Positions 29,001 to 37,082 of a DNA stretch of 64,000 bases are shown one piece after another (within the stretch, counting starts at the first letter, position 1; each line of letters begins with the position of its first letter). The notes below the pieces were generated by a model. It ran no database searches and had not been told where the DNA came from. It saw nothing but the letters and a program-made list of their open reading frames with translations. Made by a program: the position numbers and the translations under genes. The stretch is taken from positions 1 to 64,000 of the IMG/VR virus record IMGVR_UViG_3300033463_000042; one strand, written 5' to 3'. Source of the DNA: a virus. Lineage: Duplodnaviria > Caudoviricetes.

Positions 29001-30904
29001 GATGCTTCAAGCATGAGTCAAACTTCCAGTATGATAACCTTGAGAACGTATATCAGGACATGATGGGTTATCCAGCAGGTCAAACTGGTGACGCACAATA
29101 TGCTGCAGATGTAGATAGCAAAAAGGAATCAAGAGATGCTTTCATTTCAGGACGTAATTTGACAGCTTATGCTGGACAAACTCCTGGTGCTGCAGTTGGT
29201 TTTGGTATTGCACAGTTTACATCACAAAACCTCAAGTCATCGCTTTATGATAATACTGTTGGACAGGGTAAATCGATTACAGATATACCAGGCCAGCTTG
29301 ATGAGGTACTCAATGTACTTCAGGCGCGTGGTCTTTATGATCAAATCAAAGGTGCTTCGACACCTACTGACGCTAACAAGATCTTCTTATGGAAATATGA
29401 AGCAGGTACAGGATATACAAGTGACGAACAAGTCCTTGGTGCTTATCCATGGATGCTCGATTCTAATCCAAACGGAGTTGTTGCAAGACATCAATCTGCA
29501 GAAGAATACTATAATAAGTATAAAGATTTGAACGTTGCTCAGGGATCTTCAAGTGGTTCAAGTGGTGGCGGTAAGTTCATCGCTGCGGCTACTAACCCTG
29601 GAGCATTCGGAAGCTCTGATATATTACAATCAGCCGCAGAAGTATTCGCTGCATGGGATGGCGGAACTTACATGCAAGGTGACTCAGGTACACTCACGCT
29701 TTCAAATGGTTCATCTATTCCTCACTTCAGACCTGACTGTTCTGGTTCACTTACAGGTGTAATCAGAAACATGGGTTATGACGTAAACATTGGTGACGTA
29801 ACAGGTTTCAGAACCTACGATCTCATAGGACAGACATCAAATAATGCCATCTATAAGAACGGTCAACCATCACAAGATTGGGTGTTCTTACCGTATCAAC
29901 AGGGTATGCTTCAGGCTGGTGATATTATCGTTGCTAAGGAACATATGGGCATGTATGTTACTGGTCCTGATAATACCTCTTGGGGTAATAGAGGTTATGA
30001 TGGTGGTGCTACCAGTGGTTTTGCTGCATCAGCTGCAGGTGGTAAAGCATATCTTGCTGGTGAAAATGACTGGGAGACAAAGCTTGCCGCAACACTTTCT
30101 GGTGCTGATACTGGTGATGATAAGATTCAAACAGTTCTTAGATTCGTTGGCGTTGGTACCAACAGTATTGCTGGTGATAATGCAAACCGTGGTGGTCTTA
30201 CATTCAAGACTGGCGTTAGAGCTGCTTCAGAATCGGGTAAGACGGTTGCTGCAATTCAGCAAGCAGGTGGTATGGCTAACTATGTAAAGCAACTTAAAGG
30301 TGATACATCAACATTTGATTTATGGAATCCTGAAAGTTATAGAAATACAACTGGTGCTGATAGAAACGATGCACTTGATAAACTGGTTGAATACCACAAT
30401 GCTACAACTAAAAAGGATGAATACTATCATAATACTTATGGTGGAAAGATGACGCGACATGACATGGCAATGTGGATGGCAGAATACATTAATAATGAAC
30501 CACGCGAAGGTTTCTCAGAATTGTTATCAGATCTGCATAGACTTAACCCTGGTTCTGGTGACGTATCAAATTCATGGTATGACGCATTGTATGGAACAAA
30601 TCCATCATTAACAGCCACAACAGAAGTGCCGCCTATCGATCAATCAAAACTTACTGATGATACAGGGCTGTCTGCTCTTCAGCAGTACACAAATAAGTAC
30701 AACATTAGATCCTCTGATGCTAACACAACGGACATGTTGAATAAGCTCGAGAATATGACATTTAATGTACGTGCTAAACGTGTTGAAGAGTTACTGGAAA
30801 TCTTGATCAACAAAGTGGATGGAGGATCATCTGGAGATGAACCACTTCCGAATATGTTTGATGAAGAAATACCAGATGCAGTAACAAGACTCTCAATAGG
30901 ATAA
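23090..30904 (+). CDS. Tape measure protein / multi-domain virion-associated peptidoglycan hydrolase
   Basis: 2604 aa with amphipathic ~11-residue repeats (QPIIEAIMPIIQTVIDLLSPILK), then C39-like peptidase (GCGPVALA...HYVNV), M23-like (AITGGTV...YLHM...GQLIGYFGNSG), phage tail lysozyme (GMSPIGAAGMMGCFKHES...GIAQFT) and NlpC/P60-like (PDCSG...AGDII...HMGM) domains. Confidence 0.85.
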   Translation: MANLVTQSLKILSKATASVGKEYTSNLTSFLNDAKDVKNTIMNAGTDAADTYAKLKRTNITKAIHDWFYQEESDSEMELNTGKDEFDAGFSSDDDGAKLDGDSPKPTVLTSDAMTNISNKQTNAIIKVGRRQTEQSVANTAEIVSSLNSRSAEMLTAVNNINKTLLGISSRLDKIIELQAVPLTSQQQEVDKGGLYQDGKLSLMRIFEQSKNSLATSGPMSYLQLGLDALRQGQLGPSALAAIGVKAAAQKITINGKSFDDWGNAFNEMIGTATQTAMNEMINSKAFKKLFPGLTSFEGDKDYGTIVPNHYDNKKSIFDGMTRMSIVNVIPEMLAKINQSISGQEYHLDSRGKWIAGPMKNEFNEVTRASFQSGGLSAKMSSRISNAGVQSIGKKIPSEDIKDASEALTMAMVMKLHHDGDRAFSASRIKTELAGQVENAVAVLSLIGRGDADYWYKVCQVIVMQLSSGMMDSAGFVTNINQSLQKMISDATNFAQSGKANASQATKLTFNMAANQFLAAHGAPAPTGVNNINNNGTLASANGTIVNPGETLGKFSTGQYVSGIFYLLNRGINVRIDKDAERYESISLAQVRPDAKPYVSDDTFGKMLKKGLTGKPGKLDNVARDAVKNQMGGSDNTPSGFISKFLSSPAMALSALSKLFNNGPGGLLEKAKDKAKDFLGEERYNKVADKLGGLKDRVIGDERFQNLKTNAQEKLDALKNKASEAGNKIGHTRVVNNMAYAADSVKLRSAEDTVSHYKSEDEHDNIRAAAIKGLCEKGKFDLAEEYLDKIKNPTIRQAFQDIVDINKKRKRGEEAAENGEEADIGSVLIQRVKPEDDDGTVSAGESQKSILGRMLGMVGKIAKGVAKLAARGAIDLTVGLKQMAQGLLLGYNETDADGNTHRNKGLIRNLTTVPMGAMAKGAKKAAGAIGNVAKSAVGAVKDKLSSGGEESILNKIGKKIDSAKEILHKQLEKLSGLKDFVKDKIGAALDKIKNTRLGQAVGKIGSKIGGALTGNRFMKGFTSSMKEAKEVRDKLLNKKKRDEAIAENPLQAEQSEMMEGKKPSIFTKIHELLLGISGSVTHQEQLAEDSAEKEQGQPQGNPDVGDVNENAGEGGGRRGLFRRRNSGGDSGGDSGGGDSGGGGGALGGIKSLIGDVMGNFGKMMGGMVNALMGIGELVISIVTSLEAFGALQDMVKSILTDGLQPLNEAFEAIMEAIKPLVETLKGAVTMIAKVVVSIAKSLIDVVQPIIEAIMPIIQTVIDLLSPILKIIEVLMNVIMIPIKIALDIISPVIEGIGYTLQVVSGVLQIGLGAVLGLLGGVVSGLGLILSAIGSIPLIPGNGIKKSGESLKATGKDMLEMSKTMMSAGAEQIKQGIQGGISLIQRLIPGGEDGTKEEPEEQTYEDKRKAQLSDTDFGSGDVTTINNTYSYTYGSGNTTMNQHSYGSYMNMSDRGCGPVALADAYGRRTGMNVNPARLAASMNGAGQYDTRRGTSVASMVSTGNAMGMGMRIGGVTAASISQASPTNPVTVLGSGQGFGTRSGNNHYVNVVGTDNHGTAFVSNPMTGRVERQSVSNVVLNSKLGLYGSGDEDLSEYGFSDDAMSSLSRLKDITSKLTSMFTGESDAEKKINDANAEQKAKEIKRTLGDDYDAVEQEVIAKLREKYPDYTDEQIQNKLNSREGWNLIRELGGQKAADLYTDAQNLIKKGGEEVGENLTNITSKLDAISISTDDVEGSSVSGATMASFEPILHKVADFPQDGSGQYDQSPVHDFFNATKIEGKDNWRLGGGKGTVYSSSRGGWYKKYKDPHTTEGEGTSGDEHEGVLLRYTGDGTALAKAITGGTVTYVTKGEEGETTGLGNAVKWRDSGGMYHWYLHMNSLDKDIQEGSNLEPGQLIGYFGNSGMDSDGKYLRYIVTSAGPQGNTGDPGHMNPFTFWQFREEADLSTGDTEEKTYKYLVSKGMSPIGAAGMMGCFKHESNFQYDNLENVYQDMMGYPAGQTGDAQYAADVDSKKESRDAFISGRNLTAYAGQTPGAAVGFGIAQFTSQNLKSSLYDNTVGQGKSITDIPGQLDEVLNVLQARGLYDQIKGASTPTDANKIFLWKYEAGTGYTSDEQVLGAYPWMLDSNPNGVVARHQSAEEYYNKYKDLNVAQGSSSGSSGGGKFIAAATNPGAFGSSDILQSAAEVFAAWDGGTYMQGDSGTLTLSNGSSIPHFRPDCSGSLTGVIRNMGYDVNIGDVTGFRTYDLIGQTSNNAIYKNGQPSQDWVFLPYQQGMLQAGDIIVAKEHMGMYVTGPDNTSWGNRGYDGGATSGFAASAAGGKAYLAGENDWETKLAATLSGADTGDDKIQTVLRFVGVGTNSIAGDNANRGGLTFKTGVRAASESGKTVAAIQQAGGMANYVKQLKGDTSTFDLWNPESYRNTTGADRNDALDKLVEYHNATTKKDEYYHNTYGGKMTRHDMAMWMAEYINNEPREGFSELLSDLHRLNPGSGDVSNSWYDALYGTNPSLTATTEVPPIDQSKLTDDTGLSALQQYTNKYNIRSSDANTTDMLNKLENMTFNVRAKRVEELLEILINKVDGGSSGDEPLPNMFDEEIPDAVTRLSIG

Positions 30905-30920
30905 AAAATAAATGTACAAC

Positions 30921-30941
30921 GGTGGGGCATTACGCCCCACC
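30921..30941. terminator. Hairpin terminator between convergent genes
   Basis: GGTGGGGC-ATTAC-GCCCCACC with an A-rich left flank (T tract on the minus strand). Confidence 0.75.
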
Positions 30942-30984
30942 AAGTACATATACGGAGATAAAACTATGAAGAGTTTTACGAAGA

Positions 30985-31410
30985 TTACTTCTTGAAAGCT
31001 TCTCTCTTAACCTTGAGAGATGGTTCCTCATGAGCCTTGATAACAGTCTTATACTTCTGACCCTTCTTAGGACCTTCCATCTGGATGATACCTTCCTTAA
31101 CCTTCTCAGGTACTTTAACTACCTTGATGGTTGCAGGAGCTGTCTTGTCATCAGCTGCAGGAAGATCAAATGATCTTTCCTCATCATGCATGAAGCCTGT
31201 GATGAGCTCAGGAATCTGAGATACTGTGTTGGTTACATCAGGAGTCATTTCGTCGAGTATGCCGATCTCATCCTTTGAAGGGTAACCTGCCTTTGCATAG
31301 AACTTCTTAGCATCCTGAACGAATGCATGCTGGAAGTTTGATGCGGGTGTTGCTGTGCTATTGCCATAGTTAGCAAATGCAGCGAATGAAAAACCTTTAC
31401 TTGTTGCCAT
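30985..31410 (-). CDS. Hypothetical protein, possibly divergent HU-like DNA-binding protein
   Basis: High-expression codon bias and strong RBS. C-terminal TIKVVKVPEKVKEG...GPKKGQKYKTVIKAHEEPSLK loosely resembles an HU beta-arm. Confidence 0.4.
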   Translation of the reverse strand: MATSKGFSFAAFANYGNSTATPASNFQHAFVQDAKKFYAKAGYPSKDEIGILDEMTPDVTNTVSQIPELITGFMHDEERSFDLPAADDKTAPATIKVVKVPEKVKEGIIQMEGPKKGQKYKTVIKAHEEPSLKVKREAFKK

Positions 31411-31431
31411 TGTAATTTCCTCCTTATGGAA

Positions 31432-31482
31432 TGATTGTTTATTTCAAGGATACATATCCTTGTTTGCATGGTGATAATATAT
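31432..31482 (-). promoter_or_regulatory. Putative early promoter/leader: ATATATTAT + hairpin + ATAAACAATCA
   Basis: Minus strand reads ATATATTATCACCATGCAAACAAGGATATGTATCCTTGAAATAAACAATCA; matches the element at 3403-3454. Confidence 0.55.
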
Positions 31483-31493
31483 GTTTCTGAAAA

Positions 31494-31682
31494 TTAATTT
31501 ATCAGCCCGTCAGTGACACCTACTACTGCTGATACTTCAGATTCTGTCAAAGGCATATTTGTTGTAATGTCTATACAAGTAAAACCTTTGCCAAGTAGAT
31601 TCAATACTTGTGCGGATGTTGCTGTTGGTAATTCACCAATCTTCTTTCCTGATGCATCAAGTATCACGATAGAATATGTCAT
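31494..31682 (-). CDS. Small hypothetical protein
   Basis: 62-aa ORF with AAAGGAG RBS. Confidence 0.7.
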   Translation of the reverse strand: MTYSIVILDASGKKIGELPTATSAQVLNLLGKGFTCIDITTNMPLTESEVSAVVGVTDGLIN

Positions 31683-31720
31683 AATCTAGCACTCCTTTCG
31701 TTGTACTGTCCTTTTGTTCT

Positions 31721-32137
31721 TTATCTATATATGTCTATGACTGCTTTTAACCATCCGAAGTCTATATCTAAACCAATCTCGAATGGTACGTCACTATCGA
31801 GACTGATAATAAGGTTATCATAAGACATTGGTATTCTAAATCTGATGAGATAATCCTCAACATAGGCAACCAATGTTTCTAATATGTTATTATTGTCCGA
31901 TAGTTTATTATATGTTGTATGATATGGATTTATGCTATTTAGAATAAACACCTCATATACTTCATCAGAATGAAATATATTCACGTATCCATTATAGATT
32001 CTATCATACATATCAATGTATAATAATTCCGGACGTTTTATTATTATTTCATTATTGTATATTCGTCTATTATATTCTATATAAAAAGATACGAGTGCAT
32101 TTATTATATTAGGCAATATTTCCTGTAAATGCATCAT
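31721..32137 (-). CDS. Hypothetical protein
   Basis: 138-aa ORF with GGAGGT RBS; very AT-rich; an ATATATTAT motif lies upstream (32166-32174, minus strand). Confidence 0.65.
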   Translation of the reverse strand: MMHLQEILPNIINALVSFYIEYNRRIYNNEIIIKRPELLYIDMYDRIYNGYVNIFHSDEVYEVFILNSINPYHTTYNKLSDNNNILETLVAYVEDYLIRFRIPMSYDNLIISLDSDVPFEIGLDIDFGWLKAVIDIYR

Positions 32138-32194
32138 TGGTTACCACCTCCCTTATAGCACGGGAATAATATATTTATGTTAAATATAATTAAA

Positions 32195-32224
32195 TGTATA
32201 TGCCGGGAATTCCCGGCATATACA
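32195..32224 (-). terminator. Perfect 30-bp palindrome, probable terminator
   Basis: TGTATATGCCGGGAATTCCCGGCATATACA directly after the stop at 32234. Confidence 0.7.
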
Positions 32225-32233
32225 ATAATTATT

Positions 32234-33259
32234 TTAGAAGTCGAGATCATCTCTCTTATTTTCAGAAGTATCTGCAGTTGATGAACTCTTAGGAAGATCT
32301 TTGTCCCCCTTGTTTGTTGTACCTGTTGGGGTATCATCGTCATCATCTTCAGATCCCTTTGCTGAACGTGTATCAAAGTGATCGATCTTAGCTTTAAGAT
32401 TAGCCATCTTAATGTTATACTTATCGATCATCTTTGTGTAGTTGTGCTCGATACGCTTCTTGCGCTGTGTAGCAGGAATCTTCTTGTATTCATCATAAGC
32501 CTTCTTGGTAGCTTCAAGCTCCTTGGAGACTTTCTCATACTGTTCAACTTTCTTATCATATGATCTAGAAAGACATGCTGATATGAGTGATACAGGATTG
32601 AGAGAAGCGGCGGTCTTAAAGATACCATTGAGGATGCCAAAGACACCTTCAACGAGACCTACAGCCTTGTTAGCAACAGCAGCTATAGCACTTGCTGCTT
32701 CCTGAGTTACAACATAGCTCTCTGTCTTAACCTCATCATTCTTCTTGTCATCCTTAGACTGTTTCTTTTCATCTTTGTTATATGCCTGATATAACTTCTC
32801 TGCATATTTATCAAAATCTTTACCATTCTTTCTAACAAAGTCAAGTATTTCCTTTGTCTGATCAGATGGACGCAGCTTCGGTGTAACAAATTCAAGACCA
32901 TTTTCAGAAGCCTTGATGTTTGTTTGTATGTACATCAATGCTGAGATCATATATCTGTAACCCATTGAGAAGCTAGCAGTATATATAACATTCTTCGGAT
33001 TTGGTTTAGCCATGAATTCAGGAATCATTTTCTTCCAAACAGGCTTTTTCAATGAAGCAAACATATCCTTGATTGCCGTAACATTGATAGTTGGAATGTT
33101 TTTGACACCATTACCAAGTTCACCGATGTCTTTGGAAAGTGTATCATATAAAGGATGCTTTGTTATATCACCCTTCATTTTATATTCATCACCGCTTTTG
33201 TTTGAATATATACGCTTCAGGTTCTTAGCATCCTTTTTATAGTTATTTTCATTTGCCAT
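32234..33259 (-). CDS. Putative virion/internal head protein
   Basis: 341 aa; VKTES and VTQEA motifs followed by an amphipathic segment and coiled coil. Confidence 0.55.
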   Translation of the reverse strand: MANENNYKKDAKNLKRIYSNKSGDEYKMKGDITKHPLYDTLSKDIGELGNGVKNIPTINVTAIKDMFASLKKPVWKKMIPEFMAKPNPKNVIYTASFSMGYRYMISALMYIQTNIKASENGLEFVTPKLRPSDQTKEILDFVRKNGKDFDKYAEKLYQAYNKDEKKQSKDDKKNDEVKTESYVVTQEAASAIAAVANKAVGLVEGVFGILNGIFKTAASLNPVSLISACLSRSYDKKVEQYEKVSKELEATKKAYDEYKKIPATQRKKRIEHNYTKMIDKYNIKMANLKAKIDHFDTRSAKGSEDDDDDTPTGTTNKGDKDLPKSSSTADTSENKRDDLDF

Positions 33260-33283
33260 AACTTAATCTTCCTCCTTTCTCAA

Positions 33284-35446
33284 TTACTTGCCGAGAAGCT
33301 TGAACATATCACGAGTCTTTGAACCCATGGTATCAAGTGTTGCAAGCTGTTTGTTTACGGCTGCAAGTGAGTGTACATCATAATCACCATTTATATCAGG
33401 AAGGAGAATTTTGATGGATTCACGATCTGTATCAATGATGATGAGTGAGATGAGGAAGAGTTCACCACAGAACTTCTTAGCTGCGGATGGCTTAAGAAGA
33501 TCAATCTCTGTCTGAGCCTTGATGTTGTCTACATCTGCCTGTGACATGATGATTGAAGCATTAGGAATCATACCATTAAGGAGATTACCCTTACCCTGCT
33601 TGTCTTTGATGAATACCTTGAACAGTGACTTTCCTTCTACAACTGCAGCTGCAGGAGCATCACCCTTCATATGAGCGAGTTCATAAAGACGACGATACCA
33701 TTTTCTGTTAGGATCACGGGAGTCAGCAGCAGTCTGCTTCTTTTCCTTTATACGGAATACGAGATCCTTGAAGAACTTAAGCTCTCCAGCACGCCATTTA
33801 ACCTTACGAGAAATCTTATCCATTTCCTTGAGAGGATATTTAGCAACTTCAGGAAGGATAGAAGCCTGGACCATACGTGTATGACACTTAACACCAACGA
33901 CATACTCTATAGGCTGGAGTGAGTCATTCTTGTTAAGTCTGTTGAGAGTAACTTTCATCAGCAGTGGCTTCATTGTGTTCATCTTAGCACACTTGCTATC
34001 GTCAACATACTGAATACCTGATGTCTTTGTTCTTGCATAGGTATCTGTCCACTGACGAGCATTTATCTCATCCTTGTGAGCTGCATCCCATGCTTTACTT
34101 TCTGCATCAGCTTTACGCTGTTTGATTGTTGATCTCATTGTTGCAAGATTTGTTGCTGCTGTTACACCGGTATTGAGAGCTCCCGCTGCAGCACCAATTG
34201 CTTCACTACCAGTTTTTATAGCATCCATTGCCTTGTAATAATTATCTGTAGCCTTTTCAGCATTTCTTCTAGCAACTGCGGCGTTACTTTCTGCGGTATC
34301 TGCATCCCATTTAGCTCTGTTGCGTTGTGCGGCAACTGTATCTTTGTACGATGGAGCACCAGGAATATCACCAATATCAATACCGGTTTTTCTAGCAGAA
34401 GCATCGAAGTTTGCTGCTTGTTTGTTAAACATATTAGTTTGAGCAGCTGTATTTGCTGCTGCATTTGCAGCTTTTATTCTCGCATCTTCGACACCGCGCA
34501 TAGTCAGTTCCATTGCTGCTTTAAATCCAGGATACTTCTGATCGAGAGCTGCAATCGAATTTCTTACATCGTCATATCTATGATTGGAATAAAATTCCTT
34601 TGGTGTTTGCATGCCACATATCTTACCAATATTATCCATAATGGCTTTATCTGCGGCATTGGCTCTTTTATTTGTTTCATATACAGTCATATTATCAGGC
34701 AACTCATATATCTTACATGTATTCTGAAGACCATCGATGAGTTGATCAATTGTACCGGGAGTGTAACCCCTATCATCTAAGATCTGTCTTATCTCAGGAA
34801 CAGTAGCAAACTGTAAATGATCAGGATCGATTATGGGATTAAAATGTCCCTGTGAAGGATCATTTGGATCCAAATACTGAATTCCCGTGTCTTGCGGTAT
34901 TGGATATAGGTGTACATCCGTCAAAGCAAGATCAATAGGAGCCTCCTGGAAGTAATGATCAAACTCTGAGAGAGGCTGATAGTCATAAGCTTCATTGATG
35001 AGCTGAGCTTCCTTGTCATCAATAGACATAAGATCAAACTCCATCTTGACCTCTTCATTTATATATTCAGCATGACAAACATCGTGCTGATATGTTGTGT
35101 CGGTATACTCCAAATACTTGTTAGTGTTAGTCTTGTAATTAGCAAACTGAACACCACGAGCAGAATCTTCAGCATCAATGATAGGATTGATACTCATAGC
35201 CATCTGGAGATATGTTGCATAGATCTGTTCGAGCAATGAAGTTGTAGCAGTTGCATAATCCAGAGGGATTGTATTCGAAATGAATACTGGGAACTCAAAC
35301 AGATTTCCCTGAGCGGCCTTTACTATGGAACCCTTACGAGGGCCTTTTCTAAACTTGGCTGTAGCATCATCAACTCGGTTTATATAGCCGACAGCTTCAT
35401 CGTTAGCGGTAGCAAATCTTGTTAAGATATCTACGTCTTTTGCCAT
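33284..35446 (-). CDS. Putative virion structural protein
   Basis: 720 aa; YFQEA motif separates the N-terminal domain from an Ala-rich helical middle and a globular C-terminus. Confidence 0.55.
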   Translation of the reverse strand: MAKDVDILTRFATANDEAVGYINRVDDATAKFRKGPRKGSIVKAAQGNLFEFPVFISNTIPLDYATATTSLLEQIYATYLQMAMSINPIIDAEDSARGVQFANYKTNTNKYLEYTDTTYQHDVCHAEYINEEVKMEFDLMSIDDKEAQLINEAYDYQPLSEFDHYFQEAPIDLALTDVHLYPIPQDTGIQYLDPNDPSQGHFNPIIDPDHLQFATVPEIRQILDDRGYTPGTIDQLIDGLQNTCKIYELPDNMTVYETNKRANAADKAIMDNIGKICGMQTPKEFYSNHRYDDVRNSIAALDQKYPGFKAAMELTMRGVEDARIKAANAAANTAAQTNMFNKQAANFDASARKTGIDIGDIPGAPSYKDTVAAQRNRAKWDADTAESNAAVARRNAEKATDNYYKAMDAIKTGSEAIGAAAGALNTGVTAATNLATMRSTIKQRKADAESKAWDAAHKDEINARQWTDTYARTKTSGIQYVDDSKCAKMNTMKPLLMKVTLNRLNKNDSLQPIEYVVGVKCHTRMVQASILPEVAKYPLKEMDKISRKVKWRAGELKFFKDLVFRIKEKKQTAADSRDPNRKWYRRLYELAHMKGDAPAAAVVEGKSLFKVFIKDKQGKGNLLNGMIPNASIIMSQADVDNIKAQTEIDLLKPSAAKKFCGELFLISLIIIDTDRESIKILLPDINGDYDVHSLAAVNKQLATLDTMGSKTRDMFKLLGK

Positions 35447-35465
35447 TTCACATTACACTACCTTT

Positions 35466-36047
35466 CTATTTAAATTTATTTAAACGCATAACGTTTCTGA
35501 TTGAATCAGGCATTTCTTCCATATAAGTAATCGTGATCTCATATCTCGGATTTAGAGAATAATACTTATTGGACTTGGATTCAATTATCAAGCAGTCGTT
35601 TTCCATGATTCCTACATGGCCACGCTTTTCATTTGGTTGCATCATATCATAAATAGCCTTGTCATAGTTGTCGACATCACCTGTGTTTACCCAAGGTCTG
35701 AGAACACGCTGTTCAGCGAGGATAGTCTGTGTCTTAGTAAATGACATTGGAGTTTTACAGAAGATATCAGCTTCTATCTTACAAGGAGTATCTATGAATA
35801 AACCATTCAACTTAGGTCTGACATTTCTATCAAAGAATGATTGATTCTTTGCAGCACCCGGAACGTATACACGATACCCACACAAACGTGGGCGGTGTGA
35901 TGGTTCTGGTATCAAAGGAATTGTAAATTTTATCTTCTTCCATTTGATATTGGTATATACAGCCAATATGGAAGAGACGTTTTGTTTTACAGAATTAGAG
36001 GCACTCATTACGAGTGCCTCCAATGTCTCTTTGTTATTATTCATCAT
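35466..36047 (-). CDS. rusA: RusA-family Holliday junction resolvase
   Basis: PEPSHRPR, GDVDNYDKAIYDMM, ENDCLII and KYYSLNPRYEITI fit the RusA D.DN..K...D / DD..I / K.Y...PR..I.I pattern. Confidence 0.8.
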   Translation of the reverse strand: MMNNNKETLEALVMSASNSVKQNVSSILAVYTNIKWKKIKFTIPLIPEPSHRPRLCGYRVYVPGAAKNQSFFDRNVRPKLNGLFIDTPCKIEADIFCKTPMSFTKTQTILAEQRVLRPWVNTGDVDNYDKAIYDMMQPNEKRGHVGIMENDCLIIESKSNKYYSLNPRYEITITYMEEMPDSIRNVMRLNKFK

Positions 36048-36053
36048 GATTTA

Positions 36054-37061
36054 TTAGAGTCTGTCAGCATGCTTCTGAACGAACTTCTCTTCAGCTTCTG
36101 CAGCCTTCTTAGCGGTAGTCACTTTTCCAGTGCTTGTAGGCTTTACACCGATACCATGCTTTTCACCATTGTTATCCGTGTAATTGAGGCTGTATATAGC
36201 ACTCTGAACCTTATCCAAAGTCAATGAGACACGTTTCCATGCTTTAGATTCAAGCTTATTGAATGCCGCAAGAACTCTGATTGAACCATCAGAAGAGTTT
36301 GGATCTGGATCCTTGTCAACGATTATACCAATATCTGTGAGAATGGCCTTATAGCATTTCTCATACTGGCTATTATAATCACCCAGTTCGTAGTTACGTA
36401 AAGCATTCTTATCATAAACACATAGTTTGTTTACTTCTTCAACGATCTTGTTTGCTTCCTGATCAGAACCAGGGTTGTTGAGGAATTTGGCTATTTTCTT
36501 AACCATATCAACAATTGGTTCAATTGGAGGTGCATCGAAGTAAACCTTGCCGCCGTTCTTGATCGCTATTGTTGCGAGGGCGTTATGAACCTTTGTAGCA
36601 TTCTCTTCACTGGAATCAGCCATTTTCCTCAGCTCATCCTGGATTTCGGCGTCAGTTCTGTTATCACTAGCTTTCTTGACAATAAGAGCTGCACCTGCTG
36701 CTGCAGTTGTTACACCTGCAACAATACCCAGCTTCTTAAGCTTAGATTTCTTTTTCTCGTCAACCTTAGTAGGATTTGTCTCTTCAGACTTCTTGAACTT
36801 TGCAGCAATAGCAGCAAACATTCTCTTGATTGCATTAATGAGACCGCCTTTAGCAGCTTCTTTCTTTTCTTCCTTGGACTTCTTCTTGTCCTTGTCATCA
36901 CCAGATTCCTGGAAGATAGCAAAGCCTTCTGCTTCACCAGTAACGTCATCACTTTCGAGAATGGCAATAGCCTTCAGGTAACCCTGAGCCAAAGCATATG
37001 CTGTATCGAATTCAGATTCGAGTACAACATCATCAATTGCATTAAAAATCATTTCATTCAT
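36054..37061 (-). CDS. Putative internal head protein with shared N-terminal leader
   Basis: Leader IFNAIDDVVLESEFD...GYLKAIAILE...GFAIFQES; hydrophobic segment LGIVAGVTTAAAGAALIV. Confidence 0.65.
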   Translation of the reverse strand: MNEMIFNAIDDVVLESEFDTAYALAQGYLKAIAILESDDVTGEAEGFAIFQESGDDKDKKKSKEEKKEAAKGGLINAIKRMFAAIAAKFKKSEETNPTKVDEKKKSKLKKLGIVAGVTTAAAGAALIVKKASDNRTDAEIQDELRKMADSSEENATKVHNALATIAIKNGGKVYFDAPPIEPIVDMVKKIAKFLNNPGSDQEANKIVEEVNKLCVYDKNALRNYELGDYNSQYEKCYKAILTDIGIIVDKDPDPNSSDGSIRVLAAFNKLESKAWKRVSLTLDKVQSAIYSLNYTDNNGEKHGIGVKPTSTGKVTTAKKAAEAEEKFVQKHADRL

Positions 37062-37082
37062 TTTTAATAAACCTCTTTTCTA

